Positions 14,310-37,095 of a stretch of 64,000 nt of DNA are shown piece by piece. The position numbers and the translations under genes are program-made. The notes beneath the pieces were generated by a model. The model did no database searches. It was not told the DNA's origin and worked only from the letters and a program-made list of their open reading frames with translations. Origin of the DNA: Lingula anatina (taxonomy: Eukaryota > Animalia > Brachiopoda); NCBI GenBank assembly GCA_051362555.1, contig CM120642.1, positions 3,038,001 to 3,102,000 of the forward strand, given 5' to 3'. Every line of letters starts with the position of its first letter. Within the stretch, counting starts at the first letter, position 1.

Positions 14310-14702
14310 TAGAGAATAATGAGCATACTGTAGTTTTCATTCAAAGGTAATTGCTTACCAAGAGTACTTAGTCAGATGTTAGATGTAGCCAAAGGCTATG
14401 TTGCATCAGTACTTACCTGGAGAACATGTCATTCTCTATATGCACACTGTGTAGGCCTATATAGTGAATCATTCAGACACTGGACTTCACCCTGATAGGA
14501 GGTGTGCAGGACTTTTTATACCTGAGGTGACTTTCATTTATTTACATATATCAGTATTTCATGATCTAGTTCTTTATTGTGTATTTCATATTTTTCCATT
14601 TATTATATTACTGAGTTTACTAATAGTTTGTTTGTATGCATTTCAGCCTTCATTGTTTCCAGTTAATAAAGATTGGAAATCAAATAGTGTCCATCTTATC
14701 TA
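14310..14702 (+). repeat. 3' LTR
   Basis: Direct repeat of 9011-9403. Confidence 0.95.
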
Positions 14703-16064
14703 AAAATGATCCAGAAATCACATTTTCATTAAAAATTAGATACAAAACAAAGACATTCAATTGGAAAATGTCTAAAATTTTGTCCACCTCAGTTGTTTAC
14801 TGCCATATGTCTTTAGAAAAATCATTTTCTATAGAAAAAAGGCTAATTATTGACAAATGAAACACAAATGTTTGATTCTCCATGGGCAAATTTCATTTGT
14901 AATAGGTGACCATATAAAATATAAACTGTGAATCTGATGCTAATAGTATTTAAAAGAAACATATTATCGCTAATAATAATAAAAAAACGTCCATTATTTA
15001 CTAATCGGAAGTCTTAATTGTAGCCTTATATAAATAAACAGAAAAAATTATCCATCAAAATCACATTCATACCATTGTTTGATATCTGCAAGCTAAAGGA
15101 CTATTAATGTAGTCCAGATTTGTCAATTTGTGTGATGCTTGCTCCATGATTCATCAAAAAAGTCATTGTGTAACAGAAATAATTGCTTTAAGACACCTGA
15201 GCACTTTTTTTAGCAATGAATAATATGGGGGAATAGGCTTATGATTCAAAATGTCATTATAATCACTGCCCCTGTTATAAATCATTAATCTGATGATTAA
15301 AAAAGATACTATGCATCTGAAGCTAAACACAATTTTAGTGCTGCAGCCAGTATCAATTTTCCAGTCAAAACTAACTTGAGAACTTTCAAAGAAGTTTAAA
15401 TCAATTTGTCAATTTTACATACAAAAATGCCCTGATCTTTACTGAATGAGAAAGCCTATATTGCACTTCAATATTGACCATTTAATTTTTTATTTTTTCA
15501 ACAAATTTCAGACATTAAACAAAAAAGCTCATTTTTTTACCATTTTATGTAGCATCATTAGAGAATGAATGGTAAAGAAATGGCAATTGATCATGAATAT
15601 GTATTATTATAAAAATCACTGCTCCATCAATACCAGTATTATTATATACCTAGCTCCAAGTTTTGTAATTCAGGCTGCTACTGATAATTGTACAGATAGA
15701 ACTACCTATGTTCATAAAAAAAAACAAGACAAAAAATTCTGAAAGATGTGCAGCATTATATTCTACAAACATTCCAACTTGCAGTTTACATCTCTTCTCA
15801 TTTTGGGGGGCTAAAATAAGAAAAGAGGTTGAAATATTTGTTTTTATAACATTGGATATTCCTACAGAATGTGGCTATTATTCATGTAAACACTAATATC
15901 ATAATAATAGTGTTTTAAGTGTATACACACATGGTGATGATATAAAAATGACAGCTCAAAACAGGCCTCCAAAGGTCTGTTATCAGTGTCAACATCAGAA
16001 AAGGCAAATAAATATTATTATTTGTCAGCAGTTAAACAACAGATTGGTACCATAAAGCAAATCC

Positions 16065-16065
<1 letters not shown>

Positions 16066-16104
<39 letters not shown>

Positions 16105-16135
16105 CACACACACACACACTAAGACACACACACAT
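16066..16135. repeat. (CA)n microsatellite
   Basis: Seen directly. Other (CA)n tracts occur at ~17496-17539 and ~63114-63175. Confidence 0.9.
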
Positions 16136-17493
16136 TCACACATACATGCAAAAAAAAAAAAAAAATCAGAAAAATCTATTGCACACCCTGTATGTCTATC
16201 TTTCTGTTGATCTCTCTATCTGTCTTCCTTAAAGTTTAATACATTTGATAGTTTGTCTGTCTTTTAGATTGTCTATCTCTCTGTCTAACTGCACATATCT
16301 GTCAGTCCAAATTCGTCAACAAATGGACATCTGTCCGTTTGTCAGTAAAAACGTCTATTCAAGTCATTCAGACGTAGAAAGGTTGCACTGGTAAAGATAA
16401 TACAGTAAGAAGAAAGTCAGCATAGCAAAATCATGTATTTTGACTTTTTACAATAACAAAAACAAAATTCTGTGGAACACAGACTACAAGAAATGAGAAA
16501 CAACATCAAAGCAGATTATACATTAGTTTCTCATTAATACAATTCCAACACACATCTAACATATCACTTTGTTATACTGGAATACATTTTATTAGGTGCA
16601 GAACAATAATCACAGCAATTAATTTTCTTATCTGCATCATTGGATACAGACAAGAACCTTACTGCTTCTCCTATTGCATGAAATTAATAAGTATTGAATA
16701 CTCTTTATCGCATATCCCTTGCATTTAATCAAATGGAATGGCATTTTCATTGGGCTGCCCATTCTTCAACACCTGCCTGTCTTGCAGAAGCTTTGGATAT
16801 CTTTAATCCTGCATTCTGTTCACTGTACTGACACTGCACTGCACTAACTAATCTAACATTAAACACTAGTTCTACCCAATGTTGTTCATGGCATATAATT
16901 CCAACACTGCTTATGAAATGTGCCCAACATACAAGGCATACCCAGTGTGTATGACATATACTTTATGGTTTATGTCATGTGTCCAACACTGTGCTTGACC
17001 AACACTGTACATGTGCCATGTACATTGTTCAAAGTTGTACTTATATTTCCCTCAGATTCAATATAAATATAAACCAAACAACTACTGCTGACATTCAGGA
17101 CTTTAATTCCCCCTTTTTTTAAACGAAACAAGCATGTTTTTTTATTGTCTTATACGATGTCATTTCTGAAGATTATAAACTTGAAACATAATGCCTCAGT
17201 TTAGCTCTATGATACATACAGCAGTATACCAATAAATATTTTGTGAGCCAGAACACTAATCATTACATCTGCATAAGTACATGAAGTAAAAAGTATCTTT
17301 TTTTTTAAATTTCGGTTTTGATCCAAAAGGCCAGATCATTCGCTGATGTGTTCAGCCTACAATGTCAAGTCTCTTCACAAGAAAGATCAAGACAGGAAAG
17401 CATCAAGGACCAATGACCTTTTTTTTTAAATCTTAAAAGAAATATCCCTCTACTTTCAATAATTCAATAAATAAAGGATCTCACTTTTGAGAT

Positions 17494-17542
<49 letters not shown>

Positions 17543-19271
17543 CATTGCGATGATATCCTAGCTCAGTGATAAGTCTGTTAACAATAAAGAAAACAACACT
17601 TAGCAAGACAGCACTGAGAGTTTCCAGTAAATTGGTTATCCCCAGGAATCCAATGATGCCTTTCCGGGCACTAATTATTTAATATCTTTCTCGGAAATGT
17701 CTCACATAGACAGAATGAAAAACGGAGCAGTAGCACAAAAAAAAAAAAAATGAATTAGAGATAGTAAGCTGATCACAATGCACAATAATAGCTGACATTG
17801 TGTGTGAACTAGGGAAACTGTTGGGGTGAGAAGGGAAAGACAGGAGATGGACATAAGGCAAGACAACAAGTTTAATGAACAAAGTTACTCTTAAAAAAAA
17901 CAGCAAGTGCTCTGCAAGGATTTTGTGTGTGTCTGTGTGTGAGAGAGAGAGAGAGGAGAAGTAAAGAGAGAGTCACTTTATTAGAATAAATAGCACACAC
18001 AAAATCTGCAATGAATCTTTTTTACAAATAAATAAATTGGTTAAAAGTGAATAAAACAAATCATTAAACTGTGTCACATCTTTTCTTTTCATATATCTCC
18101 TCATTTAAGTGAAAAGAATAGTGACAATTACCAGTTATGACAGAACGCAAGATGAAAATAAATCAATTTCTGTCTGCTTTTTCTGAAAATTCGATACAAC
18201 TACACCATTCCCAACTCCATACCCATCAATTCAACTTGTCAAAATTGCATCTTGCTGAAAACACTTAAAAGCTGGCTGTTACAGTAATATAGTTAACCTT
18301 TGGCATCAAATATACACCATTACTCAAGGGTCAAATCAACCATTAATTTTGAAAGTGGTTTTTACATAAGAATGGCCCGACTTTACCCTCAACCCTGTTA
18401 AAAGTATAAAGATGCAACTTCATTTCAAAGATATATGCAACTTATGATAAAACATTCTTATTCATTTAATGTGTTGATGAAAAAGTGACAGGAATAATAA
18501 GCATCTGAGGATACATCTTTCACACCATTTATCACCTTGAAAGTTTCCAAGAAAGACCTCAAGGTGATACAGCGTAATAAGCTGAAAAATAGCTTCCCTA
18601 AATCTGTTATTTCAGGGTACCACGCACGCTGGCAGACCTTAATAGCCAGTAAATGAATCAGAGTATTCTTAAGGAAATTAACAATGGGACAACATGTCAA
18701 TAAAACTCCAGTGACATGAGCTGATACCATTCATGCCAAGAGCTTATTCACAGATAAGGGGCTCTCCAAGATGCCAGCATCCGACTCTCATCGGAAATTT
18801 TGATCAAATCTGGATCAATGAATTGTATAATGTGTGGTGTTATTTTTTTATCTCATTTTTGGTGCGGTTGCCCTTACAGGACACTCTCGATAGGAAAAAA
18901 AAACAGCATGCATTACAGAAAGACGGTATCAAGAAATTAGGGGAAAACAAAAAAAAACATTTTCCCCTTCCTCACAACTGCTAATAAAAGTTTGGATACA
19001 AATGTAGTGCAGATTGGGAAGTTCTTCATAGTGTTCACAAAAAAATGTTTGTTTTTTTTTGCCTTTATTGGGTAAGGGGCAAAGACCAGACGAGATGTTT
19101 TTTTTTGTCTGCAGTACCCTCATGTGGTTATGTTGTAGATATCAGACGATCAAAATTTTAATAATTTTTGAAGCATCTGACCCCCCCCCACGACCACCAT
19201 AAAAAAATTCATCACTAAACAGACACACACTGTCACCCCATCCTTTTTTTTTCTTTTATGAAGTGCATTCA

Positions 19272-19274
<3 letters not shown>

Positions 19275-19349
<75 letters not shown>
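19275..19349. repeat. (CT)n microsatellite
   Basis: Seen directly. Confidence 0.95.
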
Positions 19350-19351
<2 letters not shown>

Positions 19352-20289
19352 GCCTGAACTCCCAAAGGGAAACAGAAGGCACTCAAGCATCCAATAGATA
19401 CAAATCAACTGTAAAAGTAGATACAGAAAAGCTTTTCAAGTGAGCCATAATAAGTTTATAGCTATCTCTCAATCTGGGGTTAAAAGTGAGAAATGGGGTC
19501 AAAACAAAAATCAATTCACTGCCTCATATCCGTAAAAAAATTATCCTATTTAAATCTCCTGGGGATATCGAAGTCAATCGTTTCAGTGAAAAAGTTCACC
19601 AGAAGTCATTTTAAAAATCCATTAAGAAAATAAGCTACCTTCTTACAGCTTCTGTAAGGCCTTTTTTACTCCTTTTTCCTTTCAATAAACAGTGAGAGAC
19701 AAAATATAAAATGGGATTAAAATAACTAAATTCAGTCATTGCAATGCCTATCTTTTATACATGTATATTATTCATTCAAAAGATATGGGAGCAGAAATCT
19801 AGTATGTGGAACACTATAGAAGAATGCAGACCTGAATTAAATCTAAAACTGATATCAGCATACTACTATCTCTAGGTTTTACATCTGTTAAAAAAGAACA
19901 ATTTTCATTAATTCTGGATAGTGCCTCTACTGATAAAAAACAACATAATTACTTCAATATGGGTTGGTGCTAATTTCCATTGGATATAAGAAATGAAACA
20001 ATGAAGTGGTAATGGATCCTTAAATATTGATAATAAGAATTATAATGGCATGTGAAGATTGTTCATTTTTATTGAACATGTTGGAGATAAAAAGTGCAGA
20101 ATTCTCATTGCGTTAGTTGTGGATTCTTCACAACACAATCATCTCAATGCAGTGTGTTTCCATGTCAATATTTCTTTTGTGTCCAAGAATAGAGGATAGG
20201 AATGCAAAAACATACATCAGAACAATGAATGAAATAAAATGTCACATTTCAAAACAGTAAATTAACAGCTTCCTGAAATAATTTCTTAC

Positions 20290-29831
<9,542 letters not shown>

Positions 29832-30041
29832 TTTCTTCGGGAAATCCATCAAGAATTAACCAGAAGCACCAGTGATGGGTCTTTCACTAAAAATAATGAA
29901 ACATCTGGTTATCTAAAGTTGTAATCAGACACCGTGTTCCTTAGTCAATCAATGCCCAGTCATGTTAGCTAACAAGGCATATCTACGTGAACTGGGTTAA
30001 CAAGTTACAGTGGGTAACGAATTTTTATTCTTATTGTAGCT

Positions 30042-30161
30042 TAGCACGAAAATTCATGTGTTAGCACTCCTATTTGACAATTCTGATATTGACGATTCTG
30101 TGCACAGCCAGTACATATCAGAATCGTCAATAGGAGTGCTAACGCATGAATTTTCGTGCTA
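30042..30161. mobile_element. 120-bp foldback MITE with 9-bp TSD (Mutator-like)
   Basis: TAGCACGAAAATTCATG...CATGAATTTTCGTGCTA. TSD ATTGTAGCT at 30033-30041 and 30162-30170. Confidence 0.85.
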
Positions 30162-30177
30162 ATTGTAGCTATTCAGT

Positions 30178-30180
<3 letters not shown>

Positions 30181-30253
<73 letters not shown>
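30181..30253. repeat. (TA)n microsatellite
   Basis: Seen directly. Confidence 0.95.
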
Positions 30254-30255
<2 letters not shown>

Positions 30256-30419
30256 ATATATCCATTGATTCCTATTAATAAACACCTAGTGCCTGAACGA
30301 ATTGCCCCAGTTTTCGACCCTTCATGCCTTCATGTCACAGACAATTACAATTTGTTTGTAATTGTCTGTGACCCTTCATGCCTTCATGTCACAGACAATT
30401 ACAAACAAATGAAAGGTAG

Positions 30420-30823
30420 CAAATATAACGGTAAAGTATAATTTGTCCTGCTGGGGACCGGCTGCAGACCGCTTGATCGTGGCAGCTGTGCACGGTCAGT
30501 TATTTCACTGCAACACAAACAGAGATAAGAAATCCGCTAAGCTCTAACACAGCCCGTTCAGCAGTCTAAATCGTTCTAACCACAGCTACAACCTGAAGGT
30601 TACCCCACACAAAACTTCAAAGCATAATCATGCACACATTTTTGGATTACCCGCTTATTCATCGTGGTGTTATCTTGTTGTTTTCAACAGCTGGAACAAT
30701 TTAGAGTCTCCACGACCCGGAGAGTTCCATATAAAACTGGCTGGAGCTGGGAGACCTGCCACGCGAGGACAACAGATTATATGCTATCACCAGACAGGGA
30801 CAGGTATGTGAGAAATTGCGTTA

Positions 30824-30858
<35 letters not shown>

Positions 30859-31820
30859 ATATCCTTTTCTCTCCTTCCATAAATCTATTTTTAAAAGAGA
30901 CGTTGCGACTTTACATTTAAATTTCATATTTAATTATTATTTTTTATTTCCAGTAGTTTTCTACATTTGCACTGTTCATTTATTTTTCTACTAAAATATG
31001 ATGTGGTAAATATTAGAATATTAAGGAAATTTTCAAGAAACAAACGATCAGTTGTTGTTACTATCAAAACATGCTTAATTAATATCCCTTAATTATTGCC
31101 TTAGGCTACATTTTAAGAACGACTTTAAATGAAGGGATGATAAACTTGATAAAGTGGTTTGATTAATTACAAAATACCTGTATTAGGCATTGCACATTAA
31201 TTAACAAAGTTTGAATATGATATGCATGCTTAACCCTTGTTACGAGTCTTATTAGGTTTTGGTTGAATGGTAGTTCATAATAATATTTTGTAATGCATAC
31301 TGCTGCATTACGGCATCCAGTGAAACAAAACAAAAAAACATTAGATAATTAAGTCAACTTATGAAACTAGTTGAAATTCAAACTGATCAAACAGCATGCC
31401 ATTTGGGTCATTTAGTTCCAGATTCAACTATATCTAAGAGTGTTAAACTCTCTGGCCTGATATGACAGGTGTCTTGTGGCCCGATGTGGCAAGTCTGTAA
31501 AAGCAAGCCAGCAGCTTCTGTTTTCCAGTCACCGGCTTGTAAACGCTTGTCGATTTCACAAGTTGACCGATTAAAGCAGTACATATCGGATGTGAAGGAC
31601 ATTTAAAAGCAAGTATGAAAGCTATTATTTTCGTTTGGTCACAAGACTAAAATACGCCAATTCAAGCATGACTCAATGAATCGATTTATTGACATTTTCA
31701 TTTCAAATCTGTAAGGTTCGAAAATGACTTTGTTTGCTAATCATTGCAATCGTTCGTGGACCGTCCTTTAAGGCTTTGCAAATTTTAGGTTGTTTGCAGC
31801 TCTTCGCGGGTCATCTTTAG
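30420..31820. promoter_or_regulatory. Putative divergent promoter region and non-coding first exons of AADAT (-) and DHX9 (+)
   Basis: Both first coding exons are preceded by splice acceptors (29887-29889 on minus, 38937-38938 on plus). Relatively CpG-rich patches lie at ~30420-30800 and ~31440-31820. Candidate donors are GCGG|GTAATC (minus, 30650) and CAA|GTATGA (plus, 31613). Confidence 0.45.
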
Positions 31821-32951
31821 GAATGATGAGGAATGATTTAGAATTTTTCAACATGTCTTAAATCACATTAACATGCCATAGACTTTCCTACAAAGTTGTT
31901 TTTTTTTTTTTTTTTTTTTTTTTTGGGGGGGGGGGGGGATTCAGCCATTGCCCAATGTTGACTATTTATGCATTTTACTAACGGTCCTACGAAAATACGA
32001 AAACCGCAAAAACCGCGAAAACCAGAAGTTGCTCGGCGAAAACCTCACTATAACTTACCAATTCTCGATGTTCTTGACAAGTTGCTGTAATATTTGGATA
32101 ACTTGGACCATATTACATACATCATGACCTTTGATAACGATGTTGTAATGAATTGAGTATGTAACAGCTGAGTTTTCTAGATCGGCAACTATAGTGCGTG
32201 GGAGCCATGTTTGGTTTACAATTGGCATATATAAACAGCAGTGTCCCCTCAGGCCAGTATTGCCATATCAGGCCAGTATTGCCCTCTCAGGTTAGTAATG
32301 CTTTTCCAGGCAAGTAATACTCTCTCAAGTACTATATGAAGTGGATAACACAGATTACCTGCATTCTTAGTAATACAAAGTTTATTAATAAATAGGAATT
32401 AATAAATATGCACAAAGTAGAACTTTTTTTTTCATTCCAACCAGAAGTGAAACTACACATCAATGCTTGTAAAAAGTGCCCATTTTAATACACCATACAT
32501 GTAGAGTCCATATTGTATGAGCTGTGAACCTGCATAGAATTTACACTCCTACTTTTCCAAATATAAAATGAGTAGCATTGTTTAATAAAGTGACCAGCAT
32601 AGAGCAATTTATAAAGCATTATGAAAATGTAGGCTCTAATTAACATAATTGATAATATTCAATATATAATAATGGCGAATACAATTAAATTATTTTTATT
32701 AAAACATTTTTTCCTCTGAACTTGATCAATGGCCACTGATTTTGTTATTTAATCACATTTTATCTTACTCAGGAAGTTGATCAATAGTAAATAATAGTGT
32801 GTGCTTGTATATTTCATTGGCCATATATTTAAAGCATGGAATATACCAAACTTGGGCCAGTTTTGGGCCTTGCTTTGTCTTGGGCTTGCATTCTGCTTGG
32901 TATAATAAAAGGAATATGAAATAAAAAGTGTTAGCTTTCTTGTAAAGAATA

Positions 32952-33237
32952 TTATTACCTCTGCCAAGGAGGCTATGTTTTTACCCCTGTTTGTTTGTTT
33001 GTTTGTTTGTCATCATCATAACTAAAAAGTTATGGATAAATTTCGATGGCATTTTCAGGGTAGGTCAGAAATGGGTTAACTTAGAAGTGATAAGTTTTTG
33101 GTGGTGATCTGGATCAATAATCAATCAATAATAAAAAACTAAATCATTATAGAATGAAAATTTAGGAGTGAAATGGCATTGGATGGACACTCTGCTGCCT
33201 TAGTGGAGGTCTGCGGTCTCTTAGTGCTTTTCTAGTT
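32952..33237 (+). mobile_element. Helentron-associated non-autonomous element (HINE/DINE-1-like)
   Basis: TTATTACCTCTGCCAAGGAGG start, a (GTTT)n tract, a subterminal inverted copy CCTTAGTGGAGGT and a 3' end TCTAGTT. Confidence 0.75.
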
Positions 33238-34559
33238 GCCATTATTAATAAACTTGTGTACACTTTGTACTTTAAAAGTATTATAAGTTCTCAACCAATG
33301 CATTTCTCAATGGTGTATAATATATTGGGAAAGGAAGGGTAACATTTTTGAAACAGATCATTAGTCCACTATTCTGAATGTGGCCTATATTTGTAAAATT
33401 GTCAGCTCTCTACCGTATTAATTCTCCTCTAAAACTTTATTCCTTTAAATATCTGGCCAAATAAGAATTATGCTTTGGCAATAGCATATAGCTCCCATAT
33501 GATTTGAACTACTTTTGAAAGGGGACATTATTCTAGGTCAAAAACAAATGTTGCTTTAGTTCTAAATCCTTTAGCCATCATAAATGGGTTTAAACCCTGA
33601 TAAAACTATAATCAATACTTAGACAAATTATGAATCTACATATTTAAGGTCATAGATTGTGTTGCGCTTTACAGAGCACCCATACGTATTCATATGTAAC
33701 ATGTTCTAAGGCCAAAATAAAAAAACTTCAGACAAATGCACTGAACGATTTGGATGTGTTTATTCTCAGAACTCGCTAGTCCAAAATGCAGACCGCATAC
33801 ACAGCACAAATTGCGTTTTCTTAAAAGAATTTTTGTATCTTTCTGATTACCATTGGGATTTACTACCTACTGAATTCATGTCATTGTTTATATGTTATGA
33901 TTGGATCAGTCCAATAAGTATTGTGGTTAGGAGGGTTAAGTTGACAATGGCTAACTGTTATCCGCAGGTGTAAAAGAAATGACTGAATTGCATATATTAG
34001 ATTTGGTGTGGTAAAATGGTTCAAATTTTGTGAAGACCTGGGATTTCTTTCACACAAACAAGTTATAAAGCTAACAAACAGAAAAGTATTTTTTGAGACA
34101 CACGTTATAAATACTTATTTCATCGAGTTAAAGATGCACCTAAAAATGCATATTCATCATATATTCTAATATCATAAAACAGCCAGAAGGCCAAGCACAC
34201 AGTTGGGTAGAATTCTTAAAGGAAAAAACATACAGTCTGTGTATTCTGGAAATTCAACACCTATGGGATCTTTAATTAACTGATGGTCATTATGATTGCA
34301 TACTTTTCACAAACAAATGCACCCTTGGATTCTAATTAAAATCAATTAATTAGATTCTGCTAACTTTAAGTGCTCTCTGACCTTTTTCTTTAATGAATTA
34401 ACACAATCTATATACATCCATTTGAAAGAAACAGAAAATTGAAAAATTGAAAAATTAATTAAGTGATATACAACATAATCCCCATCAATTTTTATTTATC
34501 TACTTCCCAGCGGGCACTCAACGTTGATTCAACATTGAGGATAGGTTGAGATGATATTG

Positions 34560-34902
34560 ATCCATCAATATTGATAGATCAACAAGATCTCAACATTGAA
34601 TCAACCTTTTCTTGTCAACCAATTGTCAATGTTGATAGATCAACAGGGTCTCAACATTGATTTAACCTTTCTTTGTCAATCAATTTTCAATGTTGATAGA
34701 TCAACAGGATTTCAACATTGAATCAACCTTTTCTTGTCAGCCAATTGTCAATGTTGATAGATCAACAGGGTCTCAACATTGATTTTACCTTTCTTTGTCA
34801 ATCAGTTTTCAATGTTGATAGATCAACAGGATTTCAACATTGAATCAACCTGTGTTTGTAAACCCTTTGTCAATGTTGACATATCAACTGGATCTCAACA
34901 TT
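34560..34902. repeat. 61-bp tandem repeat, about 6 copies (left arm of nested element)
   Basis: TTGATAGATCAAC recurs at 34571, 34632, 34693, 34754 and 34815, with a degenerate copy near 34876. Confidence 0.85.
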
Positions 34903-35503
34903 GGGCCAACCTTAACTTTATAACCTTAATCATAACCTTGATAATAGTTTTAAATGATTACCTCACTAGAGAGGTATGCATAGGGGTAATTACCCCTCAT
35001 AAAACGCTTGTTTTACCCCTTTTTCATTAAAATTAATTTTGTGAAAAAAGCGGTTGTCAGTTTTTTTTTAACTTTCCACAGGTTATCTTTAAGAAAAAGA
35101 AAAAAAAACGTAGGGTCACCAGCCTTACTTTATGGCAAATTGACAAAATTTTACTCAAGTTTGAAGAAAAAGCTTGAAAAAGCCAAAAATGCCTGTTTTT
35201 CTGGAAATTTAAGTTAGCTGTGAGAAAAAAATTAGACCGGTGACCCTTTGTTTTTGTATTCTTAAAATTATCTTAACTACCTGATGTGACGTTATAATTA
35301 TTTTAGTAAAGCTAATTTGTTATTTAATTTTTATGAGTAATTACCGTATGTGCCTGCATACTTGTATAATGTAAATGAAGTGCGGGACTGTTATTAAGTG
35401 CGAGACTCCGGATAACATGAACTGATGCAACACGTGAGTGTGGACAGTGTGTAACACTTTTACAGTACAAAAACTGTACTTTATTAACAGTACTTTGTGG
35501 GGC

Positions 35504-35706
35504 CACACTATCAGGAGGATCGTTCAACAGATAAGGACATGGAAAACGGTGACATTGCGTCTTCAAAACTCCACACTATCAGGAGGATCGTTCAACAGAT
35601 AAGGACATGGAAAACGGTGACATTGCGTCTTCAAAACTACACACTATCAGGAGGAACGTTTAACAGAAAAGGACTCGTAAAACTGTGACATTGCGTCTTC
35701 AAAACT
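35504..35706. repeat. 68-bp tandem repeat, 3 copies
   Basis: CACACTATCAGGAGGA at 35504, 35572 and 35640. Confidence 0.85.
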
Positions 35707-36199
35707 TAACTGTCTACGAATCTGTTAGAATTTAACTGTATTTGACAAATGTTAAAGTTTATGCAACATGATAGTATTACATGTAGTTAGTTTTATGTAG
35801 TGTATGTTCATTGTTTGTAATATATTATATTCATAGTTAAGTTAGTTGTTGTTTGTGTTTTTTTATGTTAGGGCTGTTTTGGTCCGTAACACTGAGCATC
35901 AAACTGGAAAGTTTAAAAAGAATCTGACGACCCATAGGTGGATACAGGAGCCGGTCCCGGGGTCTGGACACCCCCCCCCCTTTTCTTCCGAAATTACCTT
36001 TTTTTGTAGGTAATTTTCCTAATTTCCCCCCCTTTTCAGATCTGAGTCTTTTTATTTCAAGAAATGCTTGATATCTTGGAGAACACCTTCAGCCATCAGG
36101 CAAATTTCAATAAAATATCCTGATAGCCTAATTGATATATCAACGTTAATTCAATTTTCAAATTCAACTTTATTTCAACATTGATTCAACATTGAGGTG

Positions 36200-37095
36200 T
36201 CAATGTTGATTCAACATTGATACCTCAAGGTTGTTTCAACCTTGATGGTTCAAGGTTGATTCAACTTTCATACTCAATGTCATATCAACATAGTTTCAAT
36301 GTTGACTGTCAACATTGATTGAACATTGATACCTCAAGGTTGATTCAACCTTGATGGTTCAACGTTGATTCAACTTTCATAGTCAACGTCATATCAACAT
36401 AGTTTCAACGTTGACCATCAATGTTGATTCAACATTGATACCTCAAGGTTGATTCAACCTTGATGGTTCAACGTTGAGTCAACTTTCATAGTCAACGTCA
36501 TATCAACATAGTTTCAACGTTGACCATCAACGTTGATTCAACATTGATACCTCAAGGTTGATTCAACCTTGATGGTTCAACGTTGAGTCAACTTTCATAG
36601 TCAACGTCATATCAACATAGTTTCAACGTTGACCGTCAACGTTGATTCAACATTGAGACCTCAAGGTTGATTCAACCTTGATGGTTCAACGTTGAGTCAA
36701 CTTTCATAGTCAACGTCATATCAACATAGTTTCAACGTTGACCATCAACGTTGATTCAACATTGATACCTCAAAGTTGATTCAACTTTGATGGTTCAATG
36801 TTTAGTCAACTTTCATAGTCAACGTCATATCAACATAGTTTCAACGTTGACCATCAACGTTGATTCAACATTGATACCTCAAGGTTGATTCAACCTTGAT
36901 GGTTCAACGTTGAGTCAACTTTCATAGTCAACGTCATATCAACATAGTTTCAACGTTGACCATCAACGTTGATTCAACATTGATACCTCAAGGTTGATTC
37001 AACCTTGATGGTTCAACGTTGAGTCAACTTTCATAGTCAACGTCATATCAACATAGTTTCAACGTTGACCATCAACGTTGATTCAACATTGATTC
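36200..37095. repeat. 109-bp tandem repeat, about 8 copies, palindrome-rich (right arm of nested element)
   Basis: ATACCTCAA-type motif recurs every 109 bp from 36220 to 36983, with many TCAACGTTGA palindromes. Confidence 0.9.

Larger units (their letters stand above)
9011..14702 (+). mobile_element. Full-length Ty3/Gypsy LTR retrotransposon (probably Mag-like lineage)
   Basis: Two 393-bp LTRs, 5-bp TSD AAAAT (9006-9010 and 14703-14707), a single gag-pol ORF in PR-RT-RH-IN order, and a polypurine tract before the 3' LTR. Confidence 0.97.

Noticed and set aside
16720-16820. GC-richer patch as the missing last AADAT exon
   Set aside because: No frame after a plausible acceptor resembles the AADAT C-terminal helix.
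15986-19443. ORFs with HTHTHT or SLSLSL runs
   Set aside because: These are translations of (CA)n and (CT)n microsatellites.
36200-37095. Palindromic repeats as a CRISPR or attC-like array
   Set aside because: The units are contiguous and near-identical, and they lie in a transposon arm.
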